A stretch of 64,000 nt of DNA, from NCBI GenBank assembly GCA_012295275.1, contig CM022665.1:38192001-38256000 (forward strand). The letters are read 5' to 3'. This document shows, piece after piece, positions 54,640 through 64,000 of this stretch. Made by a program: the position numbers and the translations under genes. Within the stretch, counting starts at the first letter, position 1; each line of letters opens with the position of its first letter. Below the pieces are notes generated by a model that saw only the letters and a list, made by a program, of their open reading frames with translations, searched no databases and had not been told where the DNA came from. The DNA is from Chrysomallon squamiferum. Its lineage: Eukaryota; Animalia; Mollusca.

Positions 54640-55100
54640 TTTGGAATTCATTTATTCTGTACGTAAGTAAAATCACCGGAGAGCAATGTATAAGCAGCAT
54701 ACAGCAAAGAACACTTGTTATGCAATCTCTATTTAAACTAACCAATAGCAGTCTCTTACTGCTTTAAGTATTCATTCTTAACGTATGCTTGTCGACGTTG
54801 TTTTAGAGTTGTTGCCGTCGCACCCGCTGACTTGTCGTCTATGACACACGCGATAGTGTTATACAACTGAACTGTTGCGAGAACAGCATTAAGAGTTTAT
54901 TGTATGGTTGATGTGGTTTTCACTGATAAAAGTCTGAAAGGAATCATTTAAATCTAGTATCTATGTGTGAACCACTCCCAAAAGATAAATGTTTGGAGAG
55001 AGCAATCAAGTGCAACCGAGCTCTCCTGTCAAAAAAGAAACGGAATTTTAATCTTTTAATTATCAACCCTTTCATGGACGAATCACGTTTATTCTAAAAA
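54640..55100 (+). promoter_or_regulatory. CpG-retaining promoter-like region and candidate transcription start
   Basis: Among the densest CpG patches in the window (GTCGACG, GCCGTCGCACCCGC, CACGCG); TATTTAAA at 54730; CCAAT box AACCAATAG at ~54740; Inr-like TCATTC at 54772-54777. Confidence 0.5.
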
Positions 55101-55345
55101 TAGTAAAATGATGCTTTTTTAATTTTTTTTTTAATTGTGGAAATTGTATACGATATAACTTATTGTTTACCACAAAAGAAAATCAATTGACGGTTAGTCT
55201 ATATTATCATTCAACATACAGTCAGTCTGTATTATCATTAAATGATAAATGATAACTACCAGTAACTGAATTTCTTTAATGAAAAAAAAAAAAAAAAAAA
55301 AAAGTAATTAAAAGAGATAAATAATAAAAAAAAAAAATATCCCAG
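54774..55345 (+). other. Candidate non-coding first exon (5' UTR)
   Basis: Runs from the promoter-like patch to the donor CAG|GTAAGA after 55345; only short ATG-initiated ORFs lie inside. The start is approximate. Confidence 0.35.
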
Positions 55346-57303
55346 GTAAGATTAGCTATAAAGAAAGTACAATATCATTTTCTTGTTACAATGTATAGAC
55401 TTAAGAAGAAGAAGAAAAAAAAACTTTAACATAAAAACTTTTATTTATGTATTATAGGCCTAATTATTTTCATGGTTATAAATAAATAAATCATTCATAA
55501 AAAAAAAGAAGAAAAAAAAGCACATAAATTACAATAATGAGACTGGATAAAAATAATAAATAAATATGTCATAAAAATTAAAGAATATATAAAAATAGAT
55601 GATAACTGGTTGCAATTTTCAATTTAATGGCTGCAGCAGTTGCAAAAACTAATAAAACATTCCTATATTAAATTAAAGAACTATTTCAGAATGTAAATTT
55701 AAGCTAAATTATTGTTCTTTCTTTTTTCGACCGAACAATATTTGTAAAAACCAATATGAAACTGCAAGCAGTTGGACAATCATTAAGATGTAAAAGAAAA
55801 AAACCCCTAAAACATCAAAAACCTCCATTAAAAACAATGTGAAAACGTAGAAAGGTGAAACAATAAATATTTTCCAGGTGCAGATCCAAAATCTTTTATG
55901 GAAGTGAAATTGGGCAAAATGTACTCCAGAAAGTTTACCGTTAAAAAAAAAAAAAAAAAAATGGTTCTGGCATTTGTACATATATAAATGTCATATGAAA
56001 GCAAATAGACTGTTACTTATTGTATTTTAGAGTAGTGAGAAAAACTGTTTCACCTGCAGGCGGGGATGGGGAATCAAGTCTTCACTTACTGCCTATGAAA
56101 CTGCACATGCAATGGTGTGTTTTCCTGACTATGGTATCCTGTATGTAAAAGTTTGCATAATGGAAACATACAAACCTATTTGTCATCTGCAGCTGTTTTA
56201 TTTTTATAGATTTTACTGCCATAAATTATATAAATTTGATATCTAACAACCACTTATTTAAAATATGCAAAGGTGTTGTTAAATATTCATTTATTTAAAT
56301 TTTTCACTTTTTTAAAAATATTGATTTTTTAAAGAAATGGTGTTTGTTATTTTTCTTAGAATGTTAGAGGACAAATCCACTTGTTATCCCCCTCATCACA
56401 TACATAAACCAGACATACACACCAAGAAAAAAAACCATTAATAATAATAATAAAATAAAAAAAAAAACAGATTCATTGTTGGTAATTTATCACTTTTATT
56501 TCACCTCCTAAGAAAAAGATATAAAATATTAACATTTTATATAAAACAGAAGTAATGATTTTTGGTTTTTCTTTTACATATATATATATATATTTTTTCC
56601 CTTTCTTTTCTAAGTGTCAGAATATTTCATTCTCAAGTGCAGTGTATAAATGAAGTACATTATGTTTATTCAGTAATTTTATACATCTCCTTGGGGTGCA
56701 CATAAACTGTTAAAATAAAACTTTATTTCTGTTGCATCAATTGTTAGCCTGATCAGCTGATGATTTGTCATAATAAAATGAGCATAATACTGTACCTAAT
56801 ATGCATTTTTATATACCTACACATAAATTTCAGTACACATACATACATATATTTACACAAAAATACACAAACATATTTAGACACATGGGAAGATACAAAC
56901 ATGTACATAGTAGTATTTGACAGTTCTTCAGTATACCTTAGTGTTAACAATTGTCAGATGACAAACATGGTTTTATTTCATAATAACTGTATAAAAAGAG
57001 AAACCTTCAACTCCATGAGGTATTCATCAATTCACAGCAAGGATCTTTTACATACATCTTTTTCTTTTTGAAGGGACATCACATGTTCAAGACTTTGATA
57101 AAACAGTTGTGAAGTAATGGCTGGAACAAGAAACAGGCTGTGGATTGCAGTATGAATGGCTGATCCTGAAACCATCCACCCCTCAGGCCAACACTTAAAG
57201 CTGAACACCAGTCTTTTCCCATGCATATAAATTGTATTTGAAACAACAACACAGACATTCCCCAAAATTGATAATAAGTGTATTTTCCTGAACAAAAAAC
57301 CCC

Positions 57304-57620
57304 AACACATTAATTTGATATTAATTACTAATTATTAGTTTTATTCTGATAATGTATATCTTTATACTTAGTTGGTTTTTGAAATAAAAATGAAAAATAT
57401 AATCTGTCAATAGTAAAATATGTATATATTTTTTCTTTCTCTCTCACCAAATATAACACATTAATTTGAAATTATCTACCAATAATTTGTTCTGTTCTGA
57501 TATTTTAAAATAAAAAATAAACTTGATAGTAATAACGATGTACGTATGCACACCACAACACAGTAATTTGATATTATTTACCAGTATGTTATTTCAGTAA
57601 CATTTTTCTTTATATTTTTT
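57304..57620. repeat. Three dispersed-tandem copies of AACACA(T/G)TAATTTGA(T/A)ATTA..TAC
   Basis: Copies at ~57304, ~57455 and ~57557 with similar downstream sequence. Confidence 0.75.
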
Positions 57621-58144
57621 GCTCTTTTGTTTTTTACAGAGTGAAATGGTTACATTTCTAAAGGTGAAACATTTTAAACAGCAGTAAAAATGAGACTCCC
57701 AGATATTTCACCAAAGCTAATTAATTTTTAAAGCCATTTCTTTCCAAGTTCTGATTAGAAATGCAGGAAATTGAACAAAATGGTTGGAAGCATTTTGGAA
57801 AGAAAAGCAATTTGCTTCTTCTTTTTTTTTTCTTTCATTTTTTTTTTTTTTTTTTTCAATCATCTCAACACTGGGTTATCATTTAACTAGTGAATATAAT
57901 AAGAGTGTAAACATATAGTAAATATTAACATGGGCAGAAGTCTTTGAGAAAACATGAATTGTACTCATAACAATGCATGAACCATTTTTTTCTGCTGATA
58001 GAAACATACTAAAAATTATACAATTATTGAAAATACTCAGGCCAAAGAAGATTAAGTATATTACCTGTAGTAAGAAAAATTGTTATATATTCAATACAAT
58101 GCTGATATTAGAGACTCTTGCGAGTCTATAGGACACTAAATTGT

Positions 58145-58228
58145 TTTGATCAGCAGCAAGTGATTTTGTTTTTATGTGTACCTTCCCACAGACAGGGATG
58201 TACAAGCTTTGGAGAACCAGCTGATGTT
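58145..58228 (-). mobile_element. SINE core fragment
   Basis: GATCAGCAGCAAGTGAT...TTTTATGTGTACCTTCCCACAGACAGG. Confidence 0.7.
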
Positions 58229-60454
58229 ATTTTAATTAAATAAAAAAAAAACAACAAAATTCTAAAAAATTAAAGTAAAAATTTTTTTTAAAAAGGAGAA
58301 AATATCTTTGACAAACACCAAAAAGAAAAACTATTTTAAAAATAAATAATTTTAAAAGGAAAATTGTTAAAATGTTATCCTTTTTATATATTTTTTTTGT
58401 CTGTTTTATTTTGTTTTCTTTATGTTTATTTTCTTTCTTTCTTTTTTCCCCTAACATTTCCTTTTCTTCTTTTTTTTTAAATGTTTTAATTTAAAAAAAA
58501 AAAAAAAAAATTTTTTTCAAATCTTTTTATCTATTTGGTTAAACTTGGACAGGAAACAAGCTTGATTTAGATCATTTAAACAAAAGTCTTCTAGATCCAA
58601 AAGTATCTTATCAAGTAAAGGAAGACACTTTTTGCTTTCCATTTTTTTTTTCTTTCAAAACCTTCAAACCATTTCCTTTTTCTGCATTAAAAAAAAAAAA
58701 GAAGAAGAAACAAACAACAACAAAAAAAGAAACAGGAGAGTGTGAAAACAGAAGCAAAAGTGTCAAGAATGGAGAAAAGGGAGGTAATTAGAGTCAAGTG
58801 ATGTCAGAGTTGAGAAGTGGTAATCTTCATCAAAGAAAGTTAATCTTTTAGGAGGGAAGGGTCACATGGAGACTGGTACGTTTAGTCTGGCAAGCAGGTG
58901 ATGTGATTACAAGAAACCAGTGTCAGGGATTCCACATTGCTGATAAAAATACAGATACACTAACACTGATCTCATCTGCTTGAATTTCTCATCTAAAAAC
59001 TCATCTAAAGTTATTTGGTGAAAAATCTTCCCCTCCATCAGAAAAAAAAACCAAAAGTATTTATCTAAAATTCCACAAGAATTAAGATATGGAGAACTGC
59101 AATAAATAATAGTATGTGGCAACTATAAAAGTATGTGTATTTAAAGTGAACCTCTGGCAGTATTAACAAATGATCTAAAAAAATTCGTTATACTTCCAAG
59201 TTATTATTTTATGGTTTTAGTTGACCAATCATTGCTCATAATAAAGTATGACAAAAAATTATATTATTACAAAAAAACATTTGAACACCAACAGTTTTCT
59301 CTGTTACATCATTGCAAATATGGCTGAATGACAGCTGCTTTTTTCTGACAACATTAGAAGAAACTTAGAGAAAATCAGTTTGTCCTGTACACAATGCTGT
59401 CATGACTACAGAAAAATGGCAGTGCCTGGATCTTTTTAAACTACTCTTTTGTTATTATACAGTGTTACTATTTCAGATCAGATAGCAAAAAATAATTAAA
59501 ACATGACATGTTAGTGTGCAGAATATATTTACACAATTTTTTTTTTTTTTGTAATGAAGTGATATGATAAATTAAAAAAAATATATATATTTTTTTTTTA
59601 AATGGTATACTATTTTTTTATATCACCAATGATACATGTTAAATAAAAAAAAAAATGAAAAAAGAAAATCATTAGTTTTAAAAAAAAATGAAATTGTTTA
59701 TTTAAACATTACACTGAAATGATTTTTGCATTCAGTATTCTTTGCAACTGCTATAATCTCTTACAGGTAAAAGCACATTAAGAACATTACATATTAAAAA
59801 AAATAATCTTAGAGAAAATTTTGAAAAAAAAAAATTGGAACTGACAACAACAACAAAAAGACATACCTAAAAATAAAAGCACTTAAAATCACCAAATCAA
59901 ATGGTTTAGAGATATTTAAATATTTAAATTTTATTTTTAATTTTATCTTGGAACCTTGATTCTAAACATTAAATATATAGCACAAAACATTTCATACAGT
60001 ATTAGCCTGGAAGTCTTCATAAAACTTATCAAGCACACTCCAAATCTTTGGCTTGCACCTAAATATAAATAGATTCAGACATTTTAAATTTTTTTTTTTT
60101 TTTTTTTTTTACATATGTGCTTATGCATGCAGATAAACATGCACATGCTTGCACTTCAGAATCCAGATGTTCATCAGCCAGACATGCTGCAACTATTAGT
60201 AACACAGAGAGACGTAACTGGTTATGATGAAAATAAAAAAGTTAGCTATCCTCTTCACATCAATCAACAAAGAAGTTAAAAGGTTTGAAGATTTCCTGAT
60301 TACACTGCTACATAAATTTTACTGCAAATTCTACTTTATAATAATACTGTTTTTTTTAATTTATTCAGCATCGTGTATGCTTACATTAGTAACCTCAGTT
60401 ATACTGGTTCACAGGGTTAGTACCTCCACTGAGAGATACTTCCTGTTTAAGGGC

Positions 60455-60676
60455 TTCCTGACTGGTTTATTAAAGGTAATGGTACATGCTGTCCTCTCTG
60501 TTGAAAAGTGTCTGTAAAAATATATTTTTTTCTTATCAGTAAAAATAGCCAATCAAGCAGTGGTACCAGATTTCATTTCCTATTTCATTATTGTACAAAA
60601 AAAAACTTTGTACAACTGAATAAACACTGAAATTAAAATGTGTTAACCTGTTGTGAAACAATTATTGATTCATTCA
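60455..60676 (+). mobile_element. SINE, 5'-truncated
   Basis: GACTGGTTTATTAAAGGTAATGGTACATGCTGTCCTCTCTGT...AATAGCC...AAAATGTGTT...ATTCATTC. Confidence 0.55.
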
Positions 60677-61594
60677 GCAATTAACAAAGACACTGATATA
60701 ACTGTAGGTTTGTTAGTTACAATAGTATCAACTGTTACACCAATTTCAAAACAAAATATGCATTTTAATAAATCTGTTTTTAAAAATTTGATTATTCAAT
60801 GGCCATTTTTAAAGTTTTACATTTTTTTGTGGGGTTGTTGTTGTTGTTTTTGTATTATCTAACACTTTTATTCTCATTACTTGATACAAGAAGAACTTTT
60901 TTTTTTTTTTTTTAAATTGACTGTTATTATTTCTAACTAGCCTGTTGTAGTTATAACTGAATACTGTCTCAAATTCGGACTTATTTAAAACTTGTTACTC
61001 ATTTCATTCATAATTTCTGTAACAACATAATAAAACTTAAAAAGGCTTATTCAGGTATGTAATGACCTTACAGGTAGAAAAGTAAAAATTTTACTACAAA
61101 AAAAAAAAGAATGCTGTATTAGAGTGTCTATTTTCAATGATATTTTTAGTTATGAGAAATAATAATAAATTGTAATAAAAAAACAAAAAAGTAGGCTGTA
61201 ATAACTTTAAATTCTAAGGAAACAAATTACTTGACTAGATAAATAATTTAACCTACATTTTTTTTTATCGTTGACAGTCAGTAAAAGAGTGAAAAAAGAA
61301 TTACTGGCTTGTTAATTAATTGGAAATTTATGTGGTGAAGATGGCATACTAAGTTACGTAAGCAGACTGATTTTTTTTGTTATTCATATTTTCCTGTTGA
61401 ATTACTTCCCTAAAATGGTGAACTCATCTGAAGTAGGCATAAAATGTTGAATTCATAAATAAATTATAAAATTCAATCTCACACAGAAAGTACACAGATG
61501 ATTGTTAGAATGTTGTTTTCATGACACTCACTTTGATATCAAATCCAGACAGATTATGTTGTTTGTTGCAGGTGCACAAACATCCATACAGACA

Positions 61595-61775
61595 AAACAT
61601 GTAGCATATTCAACAACTCAAAACATTTAGCATAATCAGCAACTGAAAACATTTAGCTTATTTAACAACTCAAAACCTATAGCTTATTCAACAACTCAAA
61701 ACATTTAGCTTATTAAACAATTCCAAACCTTTAATATATTCAACAACTGAACACATTTACCATATTCAACAATAC
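61595..61775. repeat. 26-bp minisatellite, about 7 copies
   Basis: Unit AGC(A/T)TATTCAACAACTCAAAACATTT starts at 61603, 61629, 61655, 61681 and 61707 and decays rightwards. Confidence 0.95.
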
Positions 61776-62515
61776 AAATACAATAAAATCTTTGCTGTGT
61801 CATTCCATTTTCATTTGTAGTTCAGAAATGGAAATTATGAAATTTTAGTCTTTTTAATTACCTTTGGATATATGCATCTTGTAAAATAATATACAAATAC
61901 TTAAATAACAATAAAGGCTTTATAGTTATCCAAACAGAAGCACACAGCTTGTATACAAAAGAAATGCATATTAATTGTATATTTATACATTAGCATCCAT
62001 AGATATATGTGCACATTTAAGATTTGACTGCATGTGCTTTTTGTGATCATACTGCCATGAAAGTCAACAATTATTAAATTCATTTCTCATATGTAAAATA
62101 AAATTAAAATTAAAACAAGAAAACCTTGTTTTTGTTTTTTCAATACTTTAAAACAAAATTTGAAAATATATTTTTACTTATTTGTTTAAAGAAATATTTT
62201 AAATTATTTTTTAAATAAATATTTTTAATTATTTTTTTTATAGCAATAGTTTTTCTTATGTTTATTTTTTTTAAACCAGTAAGAATTATTGCAGGATAAT
62301 ATTTCTTATAAGACTACTGACACCTGCAAGCAGACCACCTGAATGATAATAATTTCTGTCGCCTTCTGTGAGCAAGATGACTCACACTAGTCACAAAACA
62401 AGGAAATTTGACTCTCATCTCAGCTAGGTGGTAAGCAAAACACACCAAAACATAAGTTTCAAATGTTGAAAAATCATCCACTGGGAACTGAGTTTTTTTC
62501 ACCCTTCCTTCCGAA

Positions 62516-62555
<40 letters not shown>

Positions 62556-62682
62556 TGTTAAAAAAGCATGTGGCACAAATAAAACATTAAATCAGAGCCA
62601 TAGGGTAAAAGATATATATTCTAATCACAGACATGTCTACTTTTACAGTGAATGGAAATGCTCTTAGTTACTTCACAGCATG

Positions 62683-62913
62683 GAAGTTGTCTTATGAAAG
62701 CCATTAGTAATGTTGAAGTTGACTTATTAAAGGCACTAGTTCCTTTTAAGCTGACTTATTATTAGTTACTAATATTTTTTAAGCTGACTTGATAATGTTA
62801 CCAGTTCTGCTAAGTTGGTTTGTTAAAGTGACTAGTTTTGTTGCAATTGATTTTATAAAATCACTAATTCTGCTAAAGATGGCTTATTACAGTAGTTTTG
62901 TTGAAGTTGACTT
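62683..62913. repeat. Degenerate ~32-bp minisatellite, about 7 copies
   Basis: Consensus approximately AAG(T/C)TGACTTATTAAAGT.ACTAGTT.TG.T. Confidence 0.8.
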
Positions 62914-63225
62914 TCTTTCATTGTATGTATGGTAGATGAAATGATTTAGATATTTATGTTTACTTAATCAGGCAATTAGTGATAAACTCTGCTTCATATA
63001 TATATACGTATATTTTACTGATATAATATAAAACTAGATAAGCCATGTTTAATAAACTCAAATTATACGAGACTAACAAGTTAGCTTTTTTCATTCCACA
63101 TAATCATTTCCCTTTAATGTATTTTCCATAGTCCTGTCACTGTTTAAATAACATGCCAGGATGCTGTTAAACAAATATTCCTTTCCTTTTCGTATTCACC
63201 TCTTGGTTTTGTTGCTGTGTGACAG

Positions 63226-63301
63226 GTACACGCAACGTAACGTTGTATGACGGTGGATCATTATGCTATCCTGTTTTTCACACCTTCTTATGTGATCCTC
63301 G
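63226..63301 (+). CDS. Well-formed 76-nt exon: either a start exon MTVDHYAILFFTPSYVIL (ATG at 63247, phase 1) or an internal exon (G)TRNVTLYDGGSLCYPVFHTFLCDPR
   Basis: Branch-like TTCAC, acceptor TTTTGTTGCTGTGTGACAG, consensus donor TCG|GTAAGT, CpG-rich. The ATG frame has an upstream in-frame TAA; a second frame is open end to end. Confidence 0.5.
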
Positions 63302-63576
63302 GTAAGTATGAAGAACTGTAAGTTTAGAGCCTCTGTTTGTGTGTGTACAGGAAGGCTGATACTACTTGTGACGTCTCAGAAGGGTTTTTTTACGTAAGCA
63401 TGTGTAACACGTTATTTATTCTGTTGAATTTCTTGTTACTTTAAGCAAACAGATGTAGCTGTTTCGAAAACAAATATTTTTCTGGTGTTCATTTGTATTG
63501 TTAATGGTTGACAGAACTTCACTTTCGTCTTGCGTTTTTTTTCTTCTTCTTTTTCTTTTTTTTTCAGCCGTCATCG

Positions 63577-63787
63577 TCCATTTTTATCTTTTGTTCTTGT
63601 TTGTTCAGTTTGCTTTTTATGTCCAATTTTAAATATTATTTAAATATAAAGTTTGTTTCACAAGATTTAATAATATATGAAGAGTTCATTAAATCTTGAT
63701 CTAAAATCCCAAAGATGTGCATCCATTTTTATCTTTTGTTCTCGTTTGTTCAGTTTGCTTTTTATGTCTAATTTTAAATATTATTTA
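63577..63787. repeat. Recent duplication, ~65-bp block, period 145 bp
   Basis: CCATTTTTATCTTTTGTTCT(T/C)GTTTGTTCAGTTTGCTTTTTATGTC(C/T)AATTTTAAATATTATTTA occurs twice with 2 differences. Confidence 0.95.
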
Positions 63788-64000
63788 TACATTATTTATA
63801 TATTATTTATACATCAAATTAATAAGAAAGCCATAAAATAAGTTTTAAGTCACAGATTCAAGCAATTACTAGTTTTACATACAAATAAACAAAAAACAAG
63901 ACAAAAAAAAAAAAAAAAAAAAAAAAATGAAGAAAACCAACTAACAAACAAACCTCTTTAATTTTCACAAAATAAAAATTGTATAAAGTTGTATTAACTT

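Noticed and set aside
12195-59770. Recursive-splicing ratchet points (pyrimidine tract-YAG|GT) at plus 12195, 17781, 41659, 45365, ~59766 and minus ~18407, 33933, 34218, 37743, 58063
   Set aside because: They occur about equally on both strands and none regenerates a consensus GTAAGT/GTGAGT donor. General CAGGTA abundance next to A/T tracts explains them better.
889-63699. The supplied six-frame ORFs as protein-coding genes
   Set aside because: All are under 200 aa. Most are translations of (TG)n, (TACA)n, (AAT)n, (TAC)n, (GA)n or poly-A/T tracts or of SINE remnants, many start at TTG/GTG, and none shows a recognisable domain.

Overview
This is AT-rich, microsatellite-dense, strongly CpG-depleted animal DNA that is almost entirely non-coding, either a very large intron or a regulatory gene desert. 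It is not prokaryotic: there are no operons, CRISPR arrays, rRNA genes or intact tRNA genes. None of the supplied ORFs is a credible full protein, and most are read-throughs of microsatellites or poly-A/T tracts. The dominant feature is a tRNA-derived SINE family with about 20 decayed copies on both strands. The copies share a core resembling TATCCTGTCT(G/A)TGGGA(A/T)GGTGCATATAAAAGAT(C/T)CCTTGCTGCTAATC. From memory this resembles SINEs of peltospirid gastropods (Gigantopelta/Chrysomallon), so a mollusc is my unverified guess. Other features are small TIR elements, several old minisatellites and tandem duplications, a near-perfect spacer-less AT palindrome of about 100-120 bp (15791-15909) and a consensus CTCF motif (4231-4246). 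There is also a promoter-like CpG-retaining patch (about 54640-55100) followed by a donor site at 55345, and a well-formed short exon (63226-63301) that may start a gene continuing beyond the window. Several other short exon candidates exist, but no gene can be named. I found no firm evidence for a new biological system; the best leads are listed with tests.
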